From Verrucomicrobiales bacterium (GTDB lineage Bacteria; Verrucomicrobiota; Verrucomicrobiia; Verrucomicrobiales; SLCJ01), in contig JBJTQJ010000017.1 of NCBI GenBank assembly GCA_046075565.1, positions 1-13,017 of the forward strand: a stretch of 13,017 nt of DNA, in the 5' to 3' direction. Positions within the stretch are counted from its first letter, which is position 1; the number at the start of each line of letters is the position of its first letter. This document shows, piece after piece, positions 1 to 7,144 of this stretch. Both the position numbers and the translations under genes were made by a program. The notes under the pieces are model-generated. The model ran no database searches, was not told the origin of the DNA, and saw nothing but the letters and a program-made list of their open reading frames with translations.

Positions 1-875
1 TCGTGATAGCGGGTCACGATGCGGGCGGCGAGGGATTTTTTCGCCTCCATGGGGTGGACATCGGCGGACATTTCCTCGCCTAACAAAAGCGTGTAATACC
101 GCGCCATGAGCGCATCGGAAATACTCATCAGCTTGCCGAACATTTCATCAGGGCTTTCGCCCACGCCGACGTAGTTGCCGAGACTCTTCGACATCTTCTT
201 GATGCCGTCGAGTCCTTCGAGGATGGGGACCAGCACGGCGATTTGTTGTTCCATGCCTTCTTCCTTCTGGAGGTCGCGGCCGACAAGGATATTGAAGAGC
301 TGGTCCGTGCCGCCGATTTCCACATCGGAGCGCACCATAACCGAGTCCCATCCTTGCATGATCGGGTATTGCAGTTCATGCAGGCGCACTTCCTGGGCCT
401 GATCGACGCGGGCGCGGAAGTCTTCGCGTTGCAGCATCTGCTGGAGGGTGACCCGGGCGTTCAACTTGAGCACGTCGTCGTAGGTCATCTTGCGAAACCA
501 ATCGCCATTGTAGACGACCTCGGTGCGGGCTTTGTCGAGGATCTTGAAGGCTTGGTCGGTGTAGGTCGCGGCATTGACCAGCACCTCTTCGCGGGTGAGC
601 GGCGGGCGGGTGGCCGAACGCCCGGTCGGGTCGCCGATCATCGCCGTGAAATCCCCGATGATCAGCACGACATCGTGGCCAAGGAGCTGGAATTGGCGGG
701 CCTTTTCCAGCGCAACAGTGTGGCCGAGGTGGATATCGGGAGCCGTAGGATCAACGCCGAGCTTGACCCGCAGGGGGCGACCCTTGGCGAGACGCTCCCG
801 CAGGGCCTCCTGGCTGATCACTTTGGCCGTCCCCCGGCACAAGTGCCGGACTTGTTCATCAACAGATAGACTCAT
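1..875 (-). CDS. tyrS: Tyrosine--tRNA ligase, 3'-truncated by the window edge (absent from the supplied ORF track)
   Basis: Manual minus-strand translation from ATG at 875: MSLSVDEQVRHLCRG...LRVKLGVDPTAPDIHLGH (HIGH-type motif)...IIGDFTAMIGDPTGRS...YPIMQGWDS...GGTDQLFN...DGIKKMSKSLGN (KMSKS). The frame is open to position 1. Confidence 0.97.
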   Translation of the reverse strand, partial: MSLSVDEQVRHLCRGTAKVISQEALRERLAKGRPLRVKLGVDPTAPDIHLGHTVALEKARQFQLLGHDVVLIIGDFTAMIGDPTGRSATRPPLTREEVLVNAATYTDQAFKILDKARTEVVYNGDWFRKMTYDDVLKLNARVTLQQMLQREDFRARVDQAQEVRLHELQYPIMQGWDSVMVRSDVEIGGTDQLFNILVGRDLQKEEGMEQQIAVLVPILEGLDGIKKMSKSLGNYVGVGESPDEMFGKLMSISDALMARYYTLLLGEEMSADVHPMEAKKSLAARIVTRYH

Positions 876-1001
876 GGAACCCTAAACAAAGCCCCGCCAG
901 CCGCATCACGCAAGCCGGGAGAATTCAAAGCGGATGACCCCGCCTCCGTTTTCGACCACCTACTTCTGGAGACCGGAAGGAATGATGCTGTCAGGCGGTT
1001 T

Positions 1002-1074
1002 GTTGGAGTTCGGGCTTAAGCCCGCCGGATCGTCGTCACTGCGGCATGAGACGGGCTGAAGCCCGCACTCCAAC
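1002..1074. repeat. REP/REPIN-like inverted pair of 23-nt palindromic units
   Basis: Left arm GTTGGAGTTCGGGCTTAAGCCCG (1002-1024). The reverse complement of the right arm (1052-1074) is GTTGGAGTGCGGGCTTCAGCCCG, a 21/23 match. Each arm has its own CGGGCT-nn-AGCCCG hairpin preceded by GGAG. Confidence 0.8.
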
Positions 1075-1114
1075 GCTGAGCCGGGATGAGTGCAAATCCG
1101 CCCCTCCCACGGGC

Positions 1115-1150
1115 TTGAATTTCCACCGCCGCCTCGCTTATCCTTCGTGC
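1115..1150 (+). promoter_or_regulatory. Putative sigma70-type leaderless promoter of the nitroreductase gene
   Basis: TTGAAT (1115-1120), 18 bp spacer, TATCCT (1139-1144), 6 nt, ATG 1151. No SD. Confidence 0.6.
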
Positions 1151-1729
1151 ATGTCGATCTTCCGCACGCGCCGAACCATCAAACCCGCGGCCATGGACCC
1201 GGACCGGGAAATCCCGCGGGCGCTGCTCAAGGAATTGCTGGAAGATGCCATCTGGGCTCCGACCCATGGGCTCACCCAGCCATGGCGGTTTCATGTTTTC
1301 GATACAGCGGAGGCTCGCGGTCGTTTGGCCGAGGGTATGGTCGGCATTTATGGTGAGATCACACCGGAAGGGGCGCGGGATTCCGGAAAACGGGCAAAAC
1401 TACAGGACGGACCCCGTCGCGCGCCGGTGGTCATTGCCCTGCTCGCTCGCGTCGTGCCCGGTGGGAAAATCCAAGAATGGGAAGAAATTGCCGCCGCAAG
1501 CTGTGCCGCGCAGAATCTGCTGCTTTCGGCCCACGAAAAAGGACTGGGCGGCTTCTGGAGTTCACCGCCAGTCGCCTGCTCCGAGGAATTTGCCGCCTGG
1601 CTCGGGGCGGAGGCAAACGATCGCCCGCTCGGTCTGATCTACCTCGGCTGGCCATTGGCAGAGGCACCTCCCGCCACTTCCGTTCGCGCCACTCTCGCCG
1701 AGCGAGTTGTCTGGCACGGGGAGCGCTGA
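1151..1729 (+). CDS. Nitroreductase family protein (YdjA-like, FMN-dependent), 192 aa
   Basis: MSIFRTRRTIKP (RRS/T FMN-binding start), WAPTHGLTQPWRF, EWEEIAAASCAAQNLLLSAHEKGLGGFWSS, LGLIYLGWP. Start placed at 1151 because the upstream ORF extension runs through the repeat. Confidence 0.9.
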   Translation: MSIFRTRRTIKPAAMDPDREIPRALLKELLEDAIWAPTHGLTQPWRFHVFDTAEARGRLAEGMVGIYGEITPEGARDSGKRAKLQDGPRRAPVVIALLARVVPGGKIQEWEEIAAASCAAQNLLLSAHEKGLGGFWSSPPVACSEEFAAWLGAEANDRPLGLIYLGWPLAEAPPATSVRATLAERVVWHGER

Positions 1730-1815
1730 AGAGTTGATGACTCCATCACCTCAACCGGAATATCCGAGGTCCATTCCCTCTCCGACTCTCCTTGGGTATT
1801 TGGGTCTTTGGCCTG

Positions 1816-1850
1816 CCCTTCGTAGCCCGCAGGGCGAAGTAGGGGTTTTT
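1816..1850 (+). terminator. Hairpin with GUA/GAA internal loop followed by a T5 tract (possible terminator or REP-like unit)
   Basis: CCCTTC-GTA-GCCC-GCA-GGGC-GAA-GTAGGG then G-TTTTT (T tract 1846-1850), downstream of the nitroreductase stop. Confidence 0.45.
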
Positions 1851-1876
1851 CGTCATTCACCCCCACCCCTCGTGCT

Positions 1877-1909
1877 TTGACATCGCCCGCGTTTTCCCTA
1901 CCGTTGCGC
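1877..1909 (+). promoter_or_regulatory. Putative leaderless promoter of valS
   Basis: Consensus TTGACA (1877-1882), 16 bp, TACCGT (1899-1904), 5 nt, ATG 1910. The ORF-track TTG start at 1877 is the -35 box. Confidence 0.7.
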
Positions 1910-4606
1910 ATGGCAGAAAGCACGACAGTAGAAGAACTCCCCAAGGCCTACGAACCGGCGGCGGTGGAGGCGAAATGGCAATCCCACTGGGAAACGACCG
2001 GGTGTTTCCGGGCCGATGAAACCAGCGATCGGGAAGGGTATAGCATCGTCATTCCTCCGCCGAATGTCACCGGCGTGCTCCACCTCGGCCACGTGCTCAA
2101 CAACACCCTGCAGGATATCCTCGCCCGCCGCGCGCGCCAGCAGGGCAAGGAAGTGCTCTGGTTACCCGGCTGCGACCACGCCGGCATTGCGACACAGACG
2201 CGGGTGGAAAAAGAGCTGCGCCAGACCGAAAAAAAGACCCGCCATGATTACGGTCGCGAGGCCTTCCTTGAAAAAGTTTGGGAATGGAAGGAGAAACACG
2301 GGGCGATCATTTTCGATCAATTGCGCCGCCTCGGTTGTTCGCTCGACTGGAGTCGCGAGCGCTTCACCATGGACGAGGAATACTCACGTTGGGTTGCCCA
2401 CGTCTTCTGCGATCTTTTTGCCAAAGGACTCATCCATCGCGGACGCCGCATGGTGAATTGGTGCCCGGTTTCGCTCACCGCCCTCTCCGACGAAGAAGTG
2501 ATCATGAAAGCCCGCCGGGGCAAACTCTTCACCATGCGCTACGAGATCGTAGACGCGCCTGGCACCTATCTGCTCATCTCGACCACGCGCCCAGAAACCC
2601 TCATGGCCGACACCGCGGTGGCCGTGCATCCGGACGACGAACGTTATCGCCATCTCATCGGCAAGACCGTGTGGCGTCCTTTCCCGAAAGAAGCCATTCC
2701 CGTGGTCGCCGATGCCCATGTCGAAAAGGAATTCGGCACCGGTTGCCTTAAGGTGACCCCAGCCCACGACAAGGCCGACTTTGAGATCGGCCTACGCCAC
2801 GGCCTGCCTGTCATCGATGTGCTCACGCCGGACGCAAAGATTGATTGTCCATCCGTGCCCGAGTTGCATGGACTCGATCGCTTCGTCGCGCGCAAGAAGG
2901 CCGCCGAGATGCTCGCGGAAATGGGCCTGCTCGAAAAAGAAGAGGACTACGAGAACAATGTCGGCTTCTCCGAGCGCGCCGATGTGCCGATCGAGCCGCG
3001 GCTTTCCATGCAGTGGTTCCTCAAATACCCGTCGGTGGATCGCACGGCCGCCGCGGTGGCCGATGGCACCATCGCCTTCCGGCCGGAGCGTTGGAAAAAG
3101 ACCTTTGCCCACTGGATGGAAAACCTGCAGGACTGGTGCATCAGCCGCCAGCTCTGGTGGGGTCATCGTATTCCCGTGTGGTATCGCAAGGAAAAGGCCG
3201 AAGCCCTTAAGGCGGCGGAAAAACTGGACCCCTCGGCTGTCACGACAGGAGACATCCATGTCAGCACGGAAGCGCTGTCCGACCCGGAAAACTGGGTGCA
3301 GGATAACGATGTGCTCGACACCTGGTTCTCGTCCTGGCTTTGGCCGTTCGCGACCATGACCGATCTCGGCGACCGCTCCCCCACCCTGCGCAAGTTTTAT
3401 CCGACCACCGATCTGGTGACCGGACCGGATATCATTTTTTTCTGGGTCGCGCGAATGATCATGGCCGGTTACGAGTATGAGAATGCCCCGGCTTTCCACA
3501 ATGTCTATTTCACATCGATTATACGCGATTTGAAAGGACAGAAGATGTCGAAGTCGCTCGGCAACTCGCCCGATCCGCTCGACCTCATCGCGAAATACGG
3601 CGCCGACGGATTACGTTTCGGATTGCTGCGCATCGCGCCGAGCGGTCAGGACGTGCGGTTCGACGAGAAACAAATCGAGGAAGGCCGGAACTTCGCCAAC
3701 AAACTCTGGAATGCTTGCCGCTTCCGCCAGATTTGGGGCCAGGCGGGCGAAGGATCCGCCGCGCCCGGCATCTTCGAGATCGATATCCTCGCCAAACTCG
3801 ACGATGCCGCCCGTGACATCGAAAGCGGCTATACCGAATACCAATTCAACCACATCGCCCAACGCCTCTACGACTTCTTCTGGGGCGATTACTGCGACCA
3901 ATTCCTCGAGGCGGTGAAAGGCGATCTGCGCGAGGGAGCGGCCCCCGAGCGCCGGAATCGTGTGCTCCACACCATGGATACCGTGCTGCAGCGTTTCCTT
4001 CCGCTGCTGCAGGCCTATATGCCGCACATCACTTCGGAGCTCTGGGAAAAATTCGGCTTCGGCAATGGCACGCCCCTCACCCATGCCCCGTTGCCCGGTG
4101 GCTCGGCGCTGGATGGCCTCGGACTCGATGCCGAATCCATCGCGACCAGCCGCCGCCTCGCCGGAGCGATCTATGAATCGGCCGCCATCGCCCGCCGCCT
4201 CAAGGCCGAAAACAATCTGGCCAGCAACCGCGGCGTGAAATTCGTGCTCGCCGGAACCTCCGCCACCCCGGAAGCGCTTGCCACCCTCGCCCAGCTCGCG
4301 GGCGCGACGTCGGTGGAGATCGCGGATGCTACCCCCGCCAATGCGCCGAAGATGCTGACCCCGCTCGGCGAACTCGCCCTTCCGCTCGAAGGACTGATCG
4401 ATGTCGCCGCCGAACGCGCCCGCCTAACAAGGGAAGTTGCCCGTATCGAGGGCGAGATCAAAAAATCCCAGGGCAAACTCGGCAATGCGAGTTTCGTGGA
4501 CCGCGCCCCGCCTGAAGTCGTGGTGCAGGAAAAGGAACGCCTCGCCGAATGGGAGGAGAAACTCGCGGCCACGCGGCGTATGCTCGAAGCCTTGCCGGGT
4601 GTGTGA
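1910..4606 (+). CDS. valS: Valine--tRNA ligase, 898 aa
   Basis: PPPNVTGVLHLGH, PGCDHAGIATQ, STTRPET, GTGCLKVTPAHD, DWCISRQLWWGHRIP, DVLDTWFSS, DIIFFWVARM, KMSKS, GRNFANKLWNA, and a C-terminal coiled-coil tRNA-binding arm. Confidence 0.98.
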   Translation: MAESTTVEELPKAYEPAAVEAKWQSHWETTGCFRADETSDREGYSIVIPPPNVTGVLHLGHVLNNTLQDILARRARQQGKEVLWLPGCDHAGIATQTRVEKELRQTEKKTRHDYGREAFLEKVWEWKEKHGAIIFDQLRRLGCSLDWSRERFTMDEEYSRWVAHVFCDLFAKGLIHRGRRMVNWCPVSLTALSDEEVIMKARRGKLFTMRYEIVDAPGTYLLISTTRPETLMADTAVAVHPDDERYRHLIGKTVWRPFPKEAIPVVADAHVEKEFGTGCLKVTPAHDKADFEIGLRHGLPVIDVLTPDAKIDCPSVPELHGLDRFVARKKAAEMLAEMGLLEKEEDYENNVGFSERADVPIEPRLSMQWFLKYPSVDRTAAAVADGTIAFRPERWKKTFAHWMENLQDWCISRQLWWGHRIPVWYRKEKAEALKAAEKLDPSAVTTGDIHVSTEALSDPENWVQDNDVLDTWFSSWLWPFATMTDLGDRSPTLRKFYPTTDLVTGPDIIFFWVARMIMAGYEYENAPAFHNVYFTSIIRDLKGQKMSKSLGNSPDPLDLIAKYGADGLRFGLLRIAPSGQDVRFDEKQIEEGRNFANKLWNACRFRQIWGQAGEGSAAPGIFEIDILAKLDDAARDIESGYTEYQFNHIAQRLYDFFWGDYCDQFLEAVKGDLREGAAPERRNRVLHTMDTVLQRFLPLLQAYMPHITSELWEKFGFGNGTPLTHAPLPGGSALDGLGLDAESIATSRRLAGAIYESAAIARRLKAENNLASNRGVKFVLAGTSATPEALATLAQLAGATSVEIADATPANAPKMLTPLGELALPLEGLIDVAAERARLTREVARIEGEIKKSQGKLGNASFVDRAPPEVVVQEKERLAEWEEKLAATRRMLEALPGV

Positions 4607-4617
4607 AGCTCTTTCCC

Positions 4618-4647
4618 GGAGGGACGCGATCCCGCTGGGTCGTGTCC
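4618..4647 (+). repeat. GGAG-led 11-bp hairpin (REP-like unit or terminator stem) after valS
   Basis: GGAG (4618-4621), then GGACGCGATCC-cgct-GGGTCGTGTCC, fully paired on the + strand with two G.U wobbles. Confidence 0.55.
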
Positions 4648-4696
4648 GACTCTGGCGAGATCGACGTGGCGCCCGAACCGCAGCTTTCTATTCAAT

Positions 4697-4783
4697 GCCG
4701 ACGGGGACGTCGGCGATCCCAGCCGCCGATCCCAGCCGCCGATCCCAGTCGGCGATCCCAGTCGGCGATCCCGGTGGGCGATC
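4697..4783. repeat. Hairpin GCCGACG-ggga-CGTCGGC whose 3' arm starts a 13-bp tandem repeat (about 5.8 copies)
   Basis: Units: GTCGGCGATCCCA (4709), GCCGCCGATCCCA (4722), GCCGCCGATCCCA (4735), GTCGGCGATCCCA (4748), GTCGGCGATCCCG (4761), partial GTGGGCGATC (4774). Confidence 0.9.
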
Positions 4784-4795
4784 GTGGCAGGCGCA

Positions 4796-5935
4796 TCATC
4801 CCGCGAGGATGGCCTCGTCCCAGTCTTTCCAAACCGGTTCGAGGCCGCGCGCTTCCAGCATCGCCGCGATGGCGCGGGCGTCGCGGTGATCGGCAATGCC
4901 GAATTGTTCGGTGGCCAGCTCGCGCCCGCGGCGGGTTTCCGGGAGCAATTCGACGCGCCGCCCTTTGACGGTGAGATGCAGGTCGTCGACGCCTTGCCCG
5001 GTATAGCCGCCGGGTTCGGTGCGGACTCCCGCCGACATGTGGGTGATGCCGAGCGGCAGCACGGCGTCGCGGAACTCCGGGCTTTCCCTGGTGGACAAAA
5101 CCACTCCCACCTGCGGGAAACACAGCCGGAAGGCCAGCAGCATCTGCACGAACTCGCGATCCCGCAGCGCAAGCGATGGATCATTTTCAAAACCCTCCTG
5201 ACCGGCATGCGGCCGCAGCCGCGGAAAGGCAACGGTGAATTGCGCTTTCCAGCATTGCTTCTGCAGGTATTCGAGATGAGCGGCGAGGGCAAAAGCTTCC
5301 TCCTTCCACGGCGCGAGCCCGAACAAAGCCCCGATGCCAATGCGGCGGAATCCCCCGATATAGGCCCGCTCCGGGCAGTCAAGCCGCCAGTCCATCTCCT
5401 TTTTCGGACCGGCCGTGTGCAAATGCGTGTAGGCCTCGCGATTGTAGGTTTCCTGATAAACCACCAGCCCTTCGGCGCCGGCCTGCACGATCTCGCGGTA
5501 TTGATCATCCTCCATCGGCCCGACTTCGATGGCGAGGGTGGGAATGAAACCGCGCAGGGCGTGCAGGCATTCCTGAAGATAACCTTCGGAAACAAACTTC
5601 GGATGTTCGCCCGCGACGAGCAGGATGTTGCGGAATCCCCGTTCGTGCAGGTGCCGGGCCTCGCGCACGACTTGATCGACCGACAAGGTCACCCGCAGGA
5701 TCGGGTTGTCGCGCGAGAATCCGCAATAACGGCAATTGTTGATACACTCGTTGGAAACATACAAGGGCGCGAATAGCCGGATGGTTTTCCCGAAATGTCG
5801 GCGCGTGAGGGTATTCGCCTCCGCCGCCATGCGTTCGAGCACCCCGTTTTCCTGCGGCTCCAGCAGCGCGGCGAAACGCCGGAGCACTTGGCTCGGGCGT
5901 TCGCGGATGCGTGGAAATAGCTCGGAAAAGGACAT
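4796..5935 (-). CDS. thiH: 2-iminoacetate synthase (radical SAM tyrosine lyase), 379 aa
   Basis: FGKTIRLFAPLYVSNECINNCRYCGFS (CxxxCxxC), ILLVAGEHP, VYQETY, GIGALFGL, FPRLRP, LSTRES, EPGGY...EQF...PVWKDWD. ATG at 5935 chosen because the longer ORF overlaps the divergent gene. Confidence 0.93.
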   Translation of the reverse strand: MSFSELFPRIRERPSQVLRRFAALLEPQENGVLERMAAEANTLTRRHFGKTIRLFAPLYVSNECINNCRYCGFSRDNPILRVTLSVDQVVREARHLHERGFRNILLVAGEHPKFVSEGYLQECLHALRGFIPTLAIEVGPMEDDQYREIVQAGAEGLVVYQETYNREAYTHLHTAGPKKEMDWRLDCPERAYIGGFRRIGIGALFGLAPWKEEAFALAAHLEYLQKQCWKAQFTVAFPRLRPHAGQEGFENDPSLALRDREFVQMLLAFRLCFPQVGVVLSTRESPEFRDAVLPLGITHMSAGVRTEPGGYTGQGVDDLHLTVKGRRVELLPETRRGRELATEQFGIADHRDARAIAAMLEARGLEPVWKDWDEAILAG

Positions 5936-5969
5936 GGGGAAATGATAGCCGGGATGGCTCAATTGCCAA
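5936..5969 (-). promoter_or_regulatory. Putative leaderless promoter of thiH
   Basis: Minus strand: TTGGCA (5969-5964), 16 bp, TATCAT (5947-5942), 6 nt, ATG 5935. Confidence 0.65.
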
Positions 5970-6000
5970 GCGCCCGAGAAATAATCGCGTCGCCCGCCGC

Positions 6001-6019
6001 GGCAATGGCGTAAATTGCC
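6001..6019. promoter_or_regulatory. Inverted repeat GGCAAT-N7-ATTGCC, candidate operator
   Basis: Perfect 6-bp dyad ending 6 nt before the prenyltransferase ATG. It overlaps a TAAATT -10-like hexamer at 6011-6016. Confidence 0.35.
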
Positions 6020-6025
6020 TTGACT

Positions 6026-7144
6026 ATGATCTCCTCGCCTCCCGCCAACGACTGCTCCACTCCCGTTCCATGGGAGACTTGGAGGTCCGCACTTGTTCCC
6101 GCAATGGAACATGCCCTCGAACACACGCTCCGGGAAACCTGCCCGGAAACCCTGTCCGGCCCGCTGCTGGAAGAGTTGAAGGCGTTCATCCGCCGCCCCG
6201 GCAAACGGGTGCGCCCGCTGCTTTTGCTCCATTCCTACCAAGTCTTCTCCGGTCGGGAACCGGATGCCGACACCTTCCGCATCGCCGCCGCACTCGAATT
6301 GCTGCACATTTTTATTCTCGCCCACGATGACGTGATCGACAGTTCGGACACGCGCAGCGGTCTCCCAACCTTGCACCGCATGGTAGAAAGCCGCCTCGGG
6401 ATTCATCACGGCAAGGAACGCGCGGCCAAATCTCTCGCCATTGTTCTCGGAGACGTGCTCTTCGCCGCCGCCCAGCGGGCCGTGCTTCACAGTTCGTTCC
6501 CGGCCGAGACCCGCCTGCGCGCCCTTGATTCACTGCTTGTGACGATGAGCGACACCGGACTCGGCGAATGTGACGACATCCTTTTCGGAGTCTGGGACAT
6601 CGGGCGCATCTCCTCGTCGAATGTCGAACAAATGTATTGGCTGAAGACCTCGCGATACACCATCGAGTCGCCCCTCGCCTTGGGCGCGATTCTCGCCGGT
6701 TGCGGAGACGATGTGGTCAGAGATTTGCGCGAATTGAGCCGTCCGCTCGGGCTCGCCTTCCAAATTCGCAACGACCTGAAGGCCTTCCGCGAATTCGAAA
6801 TCAGTGATGCTGTCGCGCCCGATGACTTCCTCGAAGCGAAAAAGACCATGCTCGTGACGACGGCCTACGAGCTGCTCGGAGAAACCGACCGCCGCTTGTT
6901 GCAACTCTGCCTCGGCCGGCATCCGGTGACCGACACTGCGCTCAGCATGATGAAGGAACTCGTCGTGAAAAGCGGTGCCGTGAGCGCCCTCGAGTCCAAG
7001 CTCAACCAGCTCCGCGAAAGCGGCTCAGCCATGATTGATGCGCTGGCCTGGCCTGACGAGCAACGTCATGGCCTCTGCCTCGCCATGCAATGCCTCGGCG
7101 CGGTGCTGGACTGTCGTCCGGTCTCGACCGGGGCTGCCACTTGA
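6026..7144 (+). CDS. trans-Isoprenyl diphosphate synthase family protein (CrtE/IdsA-like GGPP synthase) with atypical second Asp-rich motif
   Basis: PGKRVRP, ELLHIFILAHDDVID (FARM), AIVLGD, KTSRYTIESPL, LGLAFQIRNDLKA (SARM position), DDFLEAKKT. Lies 20 bp upstream of crtI. The start codon is uncertain. Confidence 0.88.
   Translation: MISSPPANDCSTPVPWETWRSALVPAMEHALEHTLRETCPETLSGPLLEELKAFIRRPGKRVRPLLLLHSYQVFSGREPDADTFRIAAALELLHIFILAHDDVIDSSDTRSGLPTLHRMVESRLGIHHGKERAAKSLAIVLGDVLFAAAQRAVLHSSFPAETRLRALDSLLVTMSDTGLGECDDILFGVWDIGRISSSNVEQMYWLKTSRYTIESPLALGAILAGCGDDVVRDLRELSRPLGLAFQIRNDLKAFREFEISDAVAPDDFLEAKKTMLVTTAYELLGETDRRLLQLCLGRHPVTDTALSMMKELVVKSGAVSALESKLNQLRESGSAMIDALAWPDEQRHGLCLAMQCLGAVLDCRPVSTGAAT

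Noticed and set aside
243..869. 208-aa + strand ORF
   Set aside because: Antisense shadow of tyrS with no recognisable motifs. Such ORFs are expected in high-GC coding DNA.
876..1000. T-box or other leader RNA for tyrS or valS; small hairpins near 928-953 and 963-979
   Set aside because: No T-box GGTGGNACCGCG-like sequence or Stem I motifs were found here or in 1730-1909, valS appears leaderless, and the hairpins are short and wobble-dependent.
4709..4783. CRISPR array, or oriC 13-mer DUE / iterons
   Set aside because: There are no spacers and no cas genes. The units are GC-rich rather than AT-rich, with no DnaA boxes or rep gene nearby.
4171..5776. Long overlapping ORFs 4171-5595 (-) and 4784-5776 (+)
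   Set aside because: They overlap well-supported valS and thiH in other frames or strands, have no family motifs, and the former reads through the tandem repeat.
1..5935. Functional link between tyrS and thiH (both use tyrosine)
   Set aside because: They are separate transcription units with two unrelated genes between them and no shared regulatory motif. Likely coincidence.
5936..6490. 185-aa N-terminal extension of ThiH in the ORF track
   Set aside because: It overlaps the divergent prenyltransferase. ThiH-like sequence and a promoter both point to ATG 5935.
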